From Betaproteobacteria bacterium (GTDB lineage: Bacteria > Pseudomonadota > Gammaproteobacteria > Burkholderiales > WYBJ01): 64,000 nucleotides of DNA. Shown here piece by piece: positions 21,944 to 31,528 of this stretch (positions within the stretch are counted from its first letter, which is position 1; every line of letters begins with the position of its first letter). The translations under genes and the position numbers were made by a program. The stretch spans positions 11,874-75,873 of the forward strand of contig WHTS01000004.1 of NCBI GenBank assembly GCA_009377585.1, read 5' to 3'. Under the pieces are notes generated by a model. It saw only the letters and a list, made by a program, of their open reading frames with translations, was not told where the DNA came from and did not search any database.

Positions 21944-23443
21944 TTACGAAGTTGCCCGCATCGCCGGCCGGCGCGCGCTGCCCGCCTCGGGATAGGGGTA
22001 GAGCATATTGAGCGCGACGCTGTTGTCGGCGCTGCGCACGATCCGGACATGCTCGCGGCGCAACTCGCGTGCATGGCCGCAGCCGCACGAGTGAGCGATC
22101 ATGTCGATTTCCTTGTTCATGTTGCGGCAGTAGTTCGCTACGCGCAGGTATTTCTCTTCGACCACCAGCCCGCGCTGCAGGCGCCGGTTGTGGGTGGAAA
22201 CCCCGGTCGGACAGGTGTTCTGGTGGCAGCGAAGCGCCTGGATGCAGCCGAGCGCGAACATGAAGCCGCGGGCGGTGTTGACGAAGTCGGCGCCGACGCA
22301 CAGCGCCCAGGCCGCCCTGGCCGAGGTGACGAGCTTGCCGGAAGCAACGACCCGCACGCGCTCCCTCAGACCCGCTTCGATGAGCGCGTCGACCACTCGC
22401 GGCAACGCTTCTGCGATCGGCAGGCTCATGTGATCGGCGAGCGTCTGGGGCGCAGCGCCGGAACCGCCTTCGCCGCCGTCGATCGCCAGGAAATCGGGCG
22501 CGTACTCCAGGCCGCGACTGAGAACCTGCTCGCACAATTCGTTGATGAACTCCCAGCCGCCGATCGCCGTCTTGATGCCCACCGGACGCCCGGTCAGATC
22601 GCGCACATACGCGACGCGGTCGAGCAGTGTGGCCATGTCGGCAATATCCGTATGGCGGTTAGGACTGATCGAGTCCACGCCGGCGGGAATGCCGCGGATG
22701 CGCGCGATCTCCTCGGTCACCTTCGCCCCCGGCAGCACGCCGCCCTTGCCCGGCTTGGCGCCCTGCGAAAGCTTGATTTCGAACGCCTTCACCACCTTGG
22801 CGAGCTCCCTGGCCCGCTGCGGCGAGAACTCGCCGTCCTCGGTACGGATACCGTACTTGGCCGTACCGATCTGCATGATGATGTCGCAGCCGCCCTCGAG
22901 ATGGTACGGCGCAAGCCCACCTTCGCCCGTATCCATCCAGCAGCCGGCTTCGGCCGCGCCCCTGGACAGCGCACGCACGGCGGGCTCGGAAATGGCGCCG
23001 AAGCTCATCCCGCTGACGTTGACGATCGAGCGGGCGCGAAACGGCTCCCTGCAATGGCCCCCGCCGATCGTGAGCGGCAGGCTGCACGAGCGCTCGGCGT
23101 CGAGCACCGGGAAGGGCGCGTTGACGAAGATGATCGAGCCGGGCTCGCGCAGATCGTTGGTGGAACCGAAACCGATCACGCCGCCTTCGTCCTTCGCCTC
23201 GCGATAGACCCAGGCGCGGGTGGCGCGATTGAAAGGCATCTCCTCGCGATCGCCCATGAAGAAGTACTGGCGGAAGTACTCGCCCTGGCGCTCGAAGAAA
23301 TAGCGCAGGCGTCCGATCACCGGGTAGTTGCGCAGGACCGAATGCTTCTTCTGGGTGACGTCCTGGACGAACCAGACGAGCAGCGTGCCGATCAGGACGA
23401 ACCCGATCGCGGTGCCGAGACCGTAGGTAATTACGGTCATCAT
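21944..23443 (-). CDS. FMN-binding glutamate synthase family protein
   Basis: N-terminal TM; SGMSFGAISE, DTGEGG, EIKLSQGAKPGKGG, DGGEGGSGAAP, CIQALRCHQNTCPTGV (3Fe-4S). Confidence 0.92.
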   Translation of the reverse strand: MMTVITYGLGTAIGFVLIGTLLVWFVQDVTQKKHSVLRNYPVIGRLRYFFERQGEYFRQYFFMGDREEMPFNRATRAWVYREAKDEGGVIGFGSTNDLREPGSIIFVNAPFPVLDAERSCSLPLTIGGGHCREPFRARSIVNVSGMSFGAISEPAVRALSRGAAEAGCWMDTGEGGLAPYHLEGGCDIIMQIGTAKYGIRTEDGEFSPQRARELAKVVKAFEIKLSQGAKPGKGGVLPGAKVTEEIARIRGIPAGVDSISPNRHTDIADMATLLDRVAYVRDLTGRPVGIKTAIGGWEFINELCEQVLSRGLEYAPDFLAIDGGEGGSGAAPQTLADHMSLPIAEALPRVVDALIEAGLRERVRVVASGKLVTSARAAWALCVGADFVNTARGFMFALGCIQALRCHQNTCPTGVSTHNRRLQRGLVVEEKYLRVANYCRNMNKEIDMIAHSCGCGHARELRREHVRIVRSADNSVALNMLYPYPEAGSARRPAMRATS

Positions 23444-23692
23444 GCGATGTGCCCTCCTCTGGCTGGATCGCGAATGCGTTTGTCGTACGCGCAAGGTCGG
23501 ACATTACCGCAAGCGCCCGTCGCGCGCACCGCCCGGGACTGCCTGGCTACGATAGGCTAGCCGATGGCGGGCGTTCGCAAGCCCCGAAAAAACGGGCGAA
23601 TGCCGCGGGATTTCGCTCTTGCGCACACAGTCATACCGAAGCCGGAACGCTGCACGCAAAGCTCGCTAGAATAAGCCACGTGAGGAGCCGTC

Positions 23693-24526
23693 ATGAATCT
23701 TACCCTTGAGATCGAACGCAATGTAGCCTCCGCGCTCGAAGAGGATATGGGCAGCGGCGATCTGACCGCGCTGCTGATCGCGCAGGAAGCGCGCGCGAAA
23801 GCTCGCGTCCTATCCCGTGTCGATGCCGTGCTGTGCGGCGCGCCCTGGTTCGAAGCCTGCTTCCGCCAACTCGACCAGAACGTCCGCATTGCCTGGCACG
23901 CGCACGACGGCGATGCCGTGCACGCCGGCCAGGCGTTGTGCGAGATCGAGGGCAACGCCCGCGCGCTTCTGACCGGCGAGCGCACCGCGCTCAATTTCCT
24001 GCAGCTCCTTTGCGCCGTCGCCACGGTCACGCGCGGCTACGTCGAAGCGGTACGCGGCACCCACGCGGCGATCGTCGATACGCGCAAGACGCTGCCGGGC
24101 CTGCGCCTCGCGCAAAAATATGCGGTCCGGGCGGGCGGCGGGTCCAACCATCGCATCGGCCTCTACGACGGCATCCTCATCAAGGAGAATCATATTGCGG
24201 CCTGCGGCGGCGTCGCGGCAGCGCTGGCCCAGGCCCGTGCGGCTGCGTCCGCGGGCGCGTTCACCCAGGTCGAGGTCGAACGACTCGATCAGCTGGAAGA
24301 GGCGCTTGCTGCCGGCGCGAACATGATCCTGCTCGACAACTTCGAGCTCGATGCGATGCGCGCTGCGGTCCGCATCAATGCCGGGCGAGCCAAGCTCGAA
24401 GCTTCGGGCGGGGTCACGCTCGAGAGCGTGCGCGCCATCGCGCAGACCGGAGTGGATCGCATTTCCATCGGCGCGCTGACCAAGGACATCAAGGCGATCG
24501 ACCTCTCCATGCGGTTCGAGGCATGA
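23693..24526 (+). CDS. nadC: Nicotinate-nucleotide pyrophosphorylase (carboxylating)
   Basis: ERTALNFLQ, DTRKTLPGLR, NHRIGLYDGILIKENHI, EVE, LLDN, LEASGG, ISIGALTK. Confidence 0.96.
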   Translation: MNLTLEIERNVASALEEDMGSGDLTALLIAQEARAKARVLSRVDAVLCGAPWFEACFRQLDQNVRIAWHAHDGDAVHAGQALCEIEGNARALLTGERTALNFLQLLCAVATVTRGYVEAVRGTHAAIVDTRKTLPGLRLAQKYAVRAGGGSNHRIGLYDGILIKENHIAACGGVAAALAQARAAASAGAFTQVEVERLDQLEEALAAGANMILLDNFELDAMRAAVRINAGRAKLEASGGVTLESVRAIAQTGVDRISIGALTKDIKAIDLSMRFEA

Positions 24527-24560
24527 GGCCATCCCCGGTCGCAGCGTCGCATTGCTTTCC

Positions 24561-25685
24561 ATGGCGATGAATGCGGACGCCATCGTCGTCGGCGGCGGGC
24601 TGGTCGGTTCGGCCATCGGCTACGGTCTGGCGTGCGAAGGCTTGCGCCCGGTCGTCCTGGACGAGGGCGATGTGGCGTTGCGTGCCTCGCGCGGCAACTT
24701 CGGGCTGGTATGGGTGCAAAGCAAGGGCCTCGGCAACCCGCCCTACCAGCGCTGGAGCCGTACCTCCTCCGAGCTGTGGCCGGAACTGGCCGAGCGCCTG
24801 CGCACCGAGACCGGTATCGGCGTCGGGCATCACCGCCCGGGCGGCGTTTGCGTGTGTCTCACCGACGAGGAGTTCGGCGCCCGCGAGCAGATGATGCACG
24901 CCATGCGCTCGCAGATGGGCGAGGATGGCTTCGACTATCGCATGCTCGATCGCGGCGAGTTGAAGGAACTGCTGCCCGGCATCGGGCCCGCCGTCGTTGG
25001 CGGCTCGTGGTCGCCTTATGACGGCCACGCCAATCCGCTCTACACGTTGCGCGCACTGCACGCCGGGCTGGCAGCCCGCGGCGGGCGCTATGTTCCGGAG
25101 GCCAAGGTGCAGACGCTCTCGGCGGCGTCCGGCATCTTCACCGCCGCGACCGCGCACGGCCGATTCCAGGCGCCGCGCCTGGTGCTCGCGGCCGGACTGG
25201 GCAGCGCCGCGCTCGCGGCGCAGGTCGGCTTGCACATCCCCGTCTTTCCGGTGCGCGGACAGATCATCGTGACCGAGCGCATCGCGCCGCTCTTACGCAT
25301 GCCGACGCTCATCCTGCGCCAGACCGACGAGGGCAGCGTCATGATCGGCGAGTCGCGCGAGGAGGGCCGCAACGACGACCAGAGCGGCATCGAAGTCGTG
25401 CATCGACTGGCCGCTCGTGCGGTGGCTACCTTTCCGCTGCTCGCGGGCGTTCGCATGGTGCGCACCTGGGCGGCGCTGCGGGTCATGTCCCCCGACGGCT
25501 ATCCGATATACGAGCAATCGGAATCCTGTCCAGGAGCCTTCGCCGCCACCTGCCACAGCGGCGTCACGCTCGCCGCCGCGCATGCGCTGCGCTATGCGAA
25601 GTACGTCGCGCAAGGGTCGCTGCCCGAAGAATTCCAGGTCTTCCACAGTCGCCGCTTCGGTTCCGATGTACGCCTCGCTTCCTGA
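24561..25685 (+). CDS. FAD-dependent oxidoreductase, DAO family (HcnC/OoxB-like subunit)
   Basis: VVGGGLVGS, ASRGNFGLVWVQSK, PVRGQ, WAALRVMSPDG, HSGVTLA. Confidence 0.85.
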   Translation: MAMNADAIVVGGGLVGSAIGYGLACEGLRPVVLDEGDVALRASRGNFGLVWVQSKGLGNPPYQRWSRTSSELWPELAERLRTETGIGVGHHRPGGVCVCLTDEEFGAREQMMHAMRSQMGEDGFDYRMLDRGELKELLPGIGPAVVGGSWSPYDGHANPLYTLRALHAGLAARGGRYVPEAKVQTLSAASGIFTAATAHGRFQAPRLVLAAGLGSAALAAQVGLHIPVFPVRGQIIVTERIAPLLRMPTLILRQTDEGSVMIGESREEGRNDDQSGIEVVHRLAARAVATFPLLAGVRMVRTWAALRVMSPDGYPIYEQSESCPGAFAATCHSGVTLAAAHALRYAKYVAQGSLPEEFQVFHSRRFGSDVRLAS

Positions 25686-25965
25686 CGCGGCCGGCCCGCA
25701 GGTGTCCGTCATAGTGGACGGCAAGCCCGTCGCGGTGCCGGCGGGCGCCAGCGTGGCGGCGGCTTTGCTGCTCGCGGGTGCGGTCCCGAGCCGGGCGAAT
25801 CCCGTGACTCACGCGCCGCGCGCGCCCTATTGCATGATGGGCGTGTGCTTCGAGTGCCTGGTTGAGATCGATGGCATTCCCGAGCGGCAAGCATGCATGA
25901 TCGCGGCCGCCGAAGGCATGCGGGTTCGGTGCGCGCCGCGATCGTCACCACCCGAGCGGTCATGA
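25666..25965 (+). CDS. 2Fe-2S ferredoxin-like subunit (HcnA-like)
   Basis: PYCMMGVCFECLVEIDG...QAC; overlaps both neighbouring genes. Confidence 0.88.
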   Translation: MYASLPDAAGPQVSVIVDGKPVAVPAGASVAAALLLAGAVPSRANPVTHAPRAPYCMMGVCFECLVEIDGIPERQACMIAAAEGMRVRCAPRSSPPERS

Positions 25966-27356
25966 GCGAACCGTACGATCTTGCCATCGTCGGCGCGGGT
26001 CCCGCCGGAATGGCCGCCGCAACCACAGCCGCGGAGCTCGGCTTGCGCACCGTCGTGCTCGACGAGCAGGAGGCACCGGGCGGTCAAATCTATCGTTCGA
26101 TCGAGCGCGTGGCACGCGACCATCCGCAACGCCTCGCCATGCTCGGGGAGGACTACGCCGCCGGGCTCGCGCTCGTGCGCGCATTTCGCGCATGCTCGGT
26201 CGACTACCGTCCCGGCTCGACCGTATGGCAGGTGGAGCAGCCGCTCGGCATCCTGTATTCGGCGCACGGCGAGTCGCACCGCCTGCGCGCGCGCCGCATC
26301 CTGATCGCGACCGGCGCGATGGAGCGTCCGATGCCGCTCGCGGGATGGACCTTGCCGGGCGTCATGACGGCTGGCGCGGCGCAGATCCTGTTGAAGACGG
26401 TCGGCGCGGTGCCGCAGGGACGGGTCGTGCTGGTCGGTTGCGGTCCTCTGCTGCTGCTGTTCGCCTGGCAGCTGCTGCAAGCGAATGTGCGCGTGTCGGC
26501 CCTCGTCGATACGAGCACGCCCGGCGCGCGCCGCCGAGCCGCACGCCATCTGCCGACCGCACTCATGGCGCCCGGCTACGTCGGCAAGGGACTGCGCTAC
26601 ATCCGCGTGCTGCGCGAGGCCGGCATTGCGATGCTCGACAACTTCGAGCACGTGCAATTGAATGGGAGCGAGCGCGTCGAGGAAGTGGTCGTGAAGCGTA
26701 GCGGTGCAACCGAGCGCCTGGCCGCCGATGTCGTGCTCCTGCATCAGGGGTTGGTGCCGAACGCGAACCTCGGCTGGGCGCTGCGCTGCGAGCACGAGTG
26801 GAACGAAAGCCAGCGCTGCTTCATCCCGCGCGTCGATTCCTGGGGCCTCGCGTCTCAAGCCGAAATCCAGTTCGCGGGCGATTGCGCCGGCATCGTCGGC
26901 GCCCGCTCCGCCGAACACGCCGGTCGGCTCGCGGCACTGGAATCGGCTTACCGCCTGGAGCGCATCGACGCGACGGCGCGTGATGCGAAGGCACGCGCGC
27001 CGATCGCCGAGTTGCGCCGGCATCGCCGCATCCGTCCGCTGCTCGAAGCCCTCTATCGCCCGGGCGATCGTTACGTGGCGCCTGAGCAGGACGACGTGAT
27101 CGTGTGCCGCTGCGAAGAAGCGAACGCGGGCGACATACGGCGCGCGGTCGCCCACGGCTGCCCCGGGCCCAACCAGATGAAAGCGTTCATCCGCTGCGGC
27201 ATGGGGCCGTGCCAGGGGCGCATGTGCGGCCTCACCGTGACCGAGCTGATGGCCGCCGCACGCAACGTGTCGCCGAACGAGATCGGCTACTACCGCATCC
27301 GGCCGCCGATCAAGCCGCTGGCCTTGGGCGAGCTCGCCGCGCTGCAACTCGAATAG
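25962..27356 (+). CDS. NAD(P)/FAD-dependent oxidoreductase with a BFD-like [2Fe-2S] domain (HcnB/OoxA-like)
   Basis: IVGAGPAGM, GGQIYR, ATGAMERP, VCRCEE, RCGMGPCQGRMC, RPPIKP. Confidence 0.88.
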   Translation: MSEPYDLAIVGAGPAGMAAATTAAELGLRTVVLDEQEAPGGQIYRSIERVARDHPQRLAMLGEDYAAGLALVRAFRACSVDYRPGSTVWQVEQPLGILYSAHGESHRLRARRILIATGAMERPMPLAGWTLPGVMTAGAAQILLKTVGAVPQGRVVLVGCGPLLLLFAWQLLQANVRVSALVDTSTPGARRRAARHLPTALMAPGYVGKGLRYIRVLREAGIAMLDNFEHVQLNGSERVEEVVVKRSGATERLAADVVLLHQGLVPNANLGWALRCEHEWNESQRCFIPRVDSWGLASQAEIQFAGDCAGIVGARSAEHAGRLAALESAYRLERIDATARDAKARAPIAELRRHRRIRPLLEALYRPGDRYVAPEQDDVIVCRCEEANAGDIRRAVAHGCPGPNQMKAFIRCGMGPCQGRMCGLTVTELMAAARNVSPNEIGYYRIRPPIKPLALGELAALQLE

Positions 27357-27401
27357 CCTATCGAAGGCGCGCAACGGTTGACGAACCGCCATGCGCTGAA
27401 G

Positions 27402-27590
27402 CTCCCCTCTCCCTCCGGGAGAGGGGCTGGGGGGTGAGGCTGGGAATTCGCGAACCATGGTTCGCGCCGGCCGAACGGCATCGGCATGCAGGCCGATGCA
27501 CGCACGGCAAGTGAGGGAGATCGTAAGCAAGACGCATAATTCCCTCACCCTCGATCCCTCTCCCGAAGGGAGAGGGAAGACAAGCATACG
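27402..27590. repeat. Inverted pair of CCCTCTCCC/GGGAGAGGG hairpin REP elements
   Basis: 27402-27439 and 27542-27590; each arm matches one arm of the 57230-57340 doublet in reverse orientation almost exactly. Confidence 0.85.
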
Positions 27591-29356
27591 TCGAGCGCGA
27601 GCGCCGCTTCGACCCGTTGCTTACCGTAAATCGCTTCGGCTCGCTCCCGCGATATCCGTTCATCGCGCAGATCGGCAGCCAGCGCGCGCAGATCGCGCTC
27701 CCCCGGGGCGCCGTAGCCGCCGCCGCCCGGCGTTTCGATCCGCATCGAATCGCCCGGCGCCATCTCGATGCGAGCGACCTTCGAGTAATGCGCCTGCGCC
27801 GCGGGCGTGCCGTGATTCTGAATCAGCTGCGCCCGGCGGCCGTCCTGGCCGCCGAAGACGCCGGTCGGAATCCCGACGGCATGGCTATCGGAGCGCACGG
27901 AGAAGATGGTGTTAGCAACCAGCGCCCGGATCTGGCGCGCGATGCCCATGCCGCCGCAGTGACGCCCGGCCCCGCCCGAATCCGGCACGAGCGCGTACTC
28001 GTCCACGCGCAGCGGGTACTCGTTCTCCAGCGCCTCCACCGGCAGGTTCGAGGTGTTGGTCATGTGCACGTGCACCGCGTGCATGCCGTCGCCGTCGTGG
28101 CGCGCGCCCGAGCCGCCGCCGAGCGTTTCGAGATAGACGTAGTATCCGCTGCGGCGCTCGAGCTCGCCCGAGAACACGATGGCCGGCACGACATCGTTGC
28201 CCGAAGCCATCACGCGTGCGGGCGGCAGCAGGTCGCGGAACGCGCCGAAAATGGCGCCGCACACCTTCTGGCAGGTGATCGAGCGCGCGCCGACTGCCGC
28301 CGGAGCGCGCGGATTGACGATACTGCCGAGCGGCGCCTCGATCTCGACCGTGTCGAACAAGCCGGCATTGGGCATGAGCTCCGGGTCGAGCAAGGCCTTC
28401 AGCGAATAGTAGACGCATGCCTGCAGGGCATTGATCGGCACGTTCATCGCGCCGCGCGCCTGCGCGCCCGAGCCGGCGAAATCGATCGCGAGCCGCTCGC
28501 CCGCCACGCGCACACAGGCCGAGATCGGCACCGGATCGCCGCCCATGCCGTCGTCGTCGAGATACTCCGTGTAGCGGTATTCGCCGGCCTTCAGCTGCGC
28601 GATGCGGTTGCGCATGCGCCGGCGCGTGTAGTCGATCACGTCGTCGATGGCCGCGCGCACGGCCTCGATGCCCATCTGCCGGATCAGGCGCTGCGTCTCG
28701 GCGGCGCCGCGCGCGTTGGTCGCGATCTGCACCTGCAGGTCCAGCTTGCGCTCCTCCGGATCGCGCGTATTCACGGCGATCAGCTCCAGCAGCTCCGTGT
28801 CCAGGCGCCCAGCCTTGCAGATGCGCGTCACCGGCAGACGGATGCCTTCCTCGAACACCGAGCGCGACCCGCCCGCGATCGAGCCCGGCACCGCGCCACC
28901 GACGTCGGCATGGTGGCCGATGTTGGCGGCGAAGAACTCGATCCGTCCTTGCCAGAAGATTGGCGTGATGAGGGTGATGTCGGGCAGGTGCGTGCCATTG
29001 GCGAGATAGGGATCGTTGCAGATGAAGACGTCGCCTTCGCGGATCGATGCCGGAGTTACGCGCTCGAGCAGGGCGCGGATGCCGCCGTCGAGCGAGCCCA
29101 GGTGCAGGGGAATCTGGGTACCCTGCGCCACCAGCCGGCCGCGGCCGTCGAACAGCGCCACGGAGCAGTCGCGCCGCTCCTTGATGTTGGTCGAGAACGA
29201 CGAGCGCACCAAGGTGTTGTTCATGTCCTCCGTGATCGACATGAGGCGGTTGCTGAAGACCTCCATCGCGATCGGGTCGAAGCTGCGCCGCTCCGCCTCG
29301 CGCCGAGCGTCCTCGCGAGGATCCTGGTCTCTGAGCGGCGGTGTCGTCGCCATCAT
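27545..29356 (-). CDS. Hydantoinase B/oxoprolinase family subunit
   Basis: SSFSTNIKERRDCS, NDPYL.GTHLPD, HHADVGG.VPGS, YLETLGGGSGA, TNTSNLPVEALE.EYP, ETPGGGGYG. Confidence 0.92.
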   Translation of the reverse strand: MMATTPPLRDQDPREDARREAERRSFDPIAMEVFSNRLMSITEDMNNTLVRSSFSTNIKERRDCSVALFDGRGRLVAQGTQIPLHLGSLDGGIRALLERVTPASIREGDVFICNDPYLANGTHLPDITLITPIFWQGRIEFFAANIGHHADVGGAVPGSIAGGSRSVFEEGIRLPVTRICKAGRLDTELLELIAVNTRDPEERKLDLQVQIATNARGAAETQRLIRQMGIEAVRAAIDDVIDYTRRRMRNRIAQLKAGEYRYTEYLDDDGMGGDPVPISACVRVAGERLAIDFAGSGAQARGAMNVPINALQACVYYSLKALLDPELMPNAGLFDTVEIEAPLGSIVNPRAPAAVGARSITCQKVCGAIFGAFRDLLPPARVMASGNDVVPAIVFSGELERRSGYYVYLETLGGGSGARHDGDGMHAVHVHMTNTSNLPVEALENEYPLRVDEYALVPDSGGAGRHCGGMGIARQIRALVANTIFSVRSDSHAVGIPTGVFGGQDGRRAQLIQNHGTPAAQAHYSKVARIEMAPGDSMRIETPGGGGYGAPGERDLRALAADLRDERISRERAEAIYGKQRVEAALALDVCLSSLSLRERDRG

Positions 29357-31422
29357 TCGCCCTCCCGCAAGTGAACCACTATGTTGCCCTGGACATCGAC
29401 CGTCGCGTGCGCGCCGGGCGCAAACACCAGGGTGGCGCTCATCTCCTCGATCACCGCGGGCCCCGCCACACGCTCGCGCGCGGCGATGCGGCTGCGGGCG
29501 TAGACCGGCGTATCGAGCCAGCCGTGGCCACGGCCGAAGTACACCGTGCGCGAGCCCACGAGCGCTCGAGCGAGCGCTCCACCCCCCGTGTACTCGGTCA
29601 AAGGCGCCTTGGGCACGGCGCCCACAGCCTGCAGGCGGCAGTTGACGATCTCGACCGGCCGGCCCTCGAGGCTATAGCCGTACTCGCGCTGGTGAGCCCG
29701 AGCGAAGTCGCTCAGGAATCGCGCGAGCTCCGTGTCGAATTCTTCGAGCGCGACCACCACTTCGAAATTCTGGCCCTGGTAGCGCGCGTCGATGTGGCAG
29801 CGGTACGAACGGTCCTGCACCGCCACCCGCTCCTGCTCGAGCCACTGCTCGGCTTCGGCGCGCATCGCGGTGAACAGATCGCGTACGCTCTGCCACGATT
29901 GAGGGGTCGCGGCGGCGATCAGGCTGCGGACGAAATCGAAGCTCACGTCGGTGAGCAGCATGCCGCGCGCGCATAAAGTGCCCGGTTCCTGCGGCACGAT
30001 CACGGCTCCGATGCCGCATTCCAGCGCCACGTCGAGCGCGTGCAGGGGACCGGCGCCCCCATAGGCGAACAGCGCGAATTGTCCGAGATCGTAGCCGCGC
30101 TCGGTGGACACGGCGCGAATCGCACGACCCATGTTCGCGTTCGCGATGCGGATGATGCCCTCGGCCGCGTCTTCGAGGCTCAAGCCGAGCGGGCGCGCGA
30201 CCTGCTCCGTGATGGCCGCACGGGCGCGCGCCTCATCGATCGGCAGCCGTCCGCCCAGCAGGTTCGAAGGATTCAACCGGTGCAGCACGATGTGCGCGTC
30301 GGTGAGGGTCGCAGCCGTACCGCCCCGGCCATAGCCGGCGGGCCCCGGTTCGGCGCCGGCGCTGCGCGGGCCGACCTTCAGCGCCCCGCCATCGTCGATC
30401 GCCGCGATGCTGCCGCCGCCCGCGCCGATCACATGGATGTCCACCATCGGCGTCTTCACCGGGTAGTCGGCGATAGCGCGCAGCGACGTGAACAAGGGCT
30501 TGCCGTCCACCACCAGCGATACGTCGGTGCTGGTGCCGCCGACATCGAAGGTCACGAGGTTGCCGAACGCGGCGGCCTTGCCCACTGCGGCGGCGCCGAC
30601 GACGCCGGCCGCAGGCCCCGACAGGCAGGTGCGAACCGGGAATGCACGCACCGAGCGCACCGACATGAGACCGCCGTTGGAATGGATGGTGAACGGCTCC
30701 ACCTCGATGCCGAGCGCTCGCACGCGTTCCAGGAAGTTGTCCAGGTAGGCCTGCATGCGCGGACCGACCACCGCGTTGAGCGCGGTCGTCGAAAACCGTT
30801 CGAACTCCCGGAACTCGGGCAGAACCTCGCTCGACACGCTGAGGTACACAGCGGGCAGCAACCGCTCGAGCGCCGCGCGTGCAAGCTGCTCGTGCACGGG
30901 GTTGCGATAGGCGTGGAGGAAGCAGACCGCGACGGACTCGACCTGGAGCTCGCGAAGCCGCCCGATCGCTGCTTCGAGCTCGCCCGGCGCGAGCGGCTGC
31001 AGCACGGCGCCGTGGGCATCGATGCGCTCATCGAGCTCCAGGCGATCGCGCCGGGCGGCGAGCGGTGGTGCTTTGCCGCGGCTGTAATCGCAAAGGTGCG
31101 GGCGAATCTGGCGCCCGATCTCCATGACGTCGCGGAATCCGCGCGTCGTCAGAAGGCCCGCGCGCGCTCCCCGCCGCTCGATGACGAGGTTGGTGGCCAC
31201 CGTGGTGCCGTGGCCGATATGGCGAACCGCTGCGGGCGAGAGATCATGTGCCGACAGCAGATCCGCGATGCCCTGCGCGATCGCTGCGGATGGATCGGCG
31301 GGCGTGGAGGCAACTTTGTGGAAATGCACCCGTGCGCCGGCTTCGGCCAGGAGCGTGAAGTCCGTGAAGGTTCCGCCGACGTCGATGCCTATCCGGTACA
31401 ACGCGCCACCATCGTTTAGCAT
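29353..31422 (-). CDS. Hydantoinase A/oxoprolinase family subunit (start 31422 ATG or 31401 TTG)
   Basis: RIGIDVGGTFTD, HGTTVATN, LSGPAAGV, DVGGTSTDV, GAGGGSIA, YGGAGPLHA. Confidence 0.93.
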   Translation of the reverse strand: MLNDGGALYRIGIDVGGTFTDFTLLAEAGARVHFHKVASTPADPSAAIAQGIADLLSAHDLSPAAVRHIGHGTTVATNLVIERRGARAGLLTTRGFRDVMEIGRQIRPHLCDYSRGKAPPLAARRDRLELDERIDAHGAVLQPLAPGELEAAIGRLRELQVESVAVCFLHAYRNPVHEQLARAALERLLPAVYLSVSSEVLPEFREFERFSTTALNAVVGPRMQAYLDNFLERVRALGIEVEPFTIHSNGGLMSVRSVRAFPVRTCLSGPAAGVVGAAAVGKAAAFGNLVTFDVGGTSTDVSLVVDGKPLFTSLRAIADYPVKTPMVDIHVIGAGGGSIAAIDDGGALKVGPRSAGAEPGPAGYGRGGTAATLTDAHIVLHRLNPSNLLGGRLPIDEARARAAITEQVARPLGLSLEDAAEGIIRIANANMGRAIRAVSTERGYDLGQFALFAYGGAGPLHALDVALECGIGAVIVPQEPGTLCARGMLLTDVSFDFVRSLIAAATPQSWQSVRDLFTAMRAEAEQWLEQERVAVQDRSYRCHIDARYQGQNFEVVVALEEFDTELARFLSDFARAHQREYGYSLEGRPVEIVNCRLQAVGAVPKAPLTEYTGGGALARALVGSRTVYFGRGHGWLDTPVYARSRIAARERVAGPAVIEEMSATLVFAPGAHATVDVQGNIVVHLREGE

Positions 31423-31496
31423 CCGGAAAGTGGCTGACAGCCGCTTTCCGCAGTGCCCGCCCCTCTCCCTTCGGGAGAGGGGCGGGGGGGTGAGGG
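31421..31496. repeat. Composite REP element (second hairpin + CCCTCTCCC hairpin), inverted copy of 57303-57378
   Basis: ATCCGGAAAGTGGCTGACAGCCGCTTTCCGCA is the reverse complement of 57346-57378 apart from a 1-nt indel, and is followed by the REP hairpin and its GGTGAGGG tail. Confidence 0.85.
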
Positions 31497-31528
31497 AAGC
31501 GAGCGGCAAGGCATTTAGCGGAAGCTCG

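Noticed and set aside
24561-27356. Calling this hydrogen cyanide synthase
   Set aside because: Gene order is C-A-B (opine-oxidase-like) and the family has several activities; nothing specific points to cyanogenesis.
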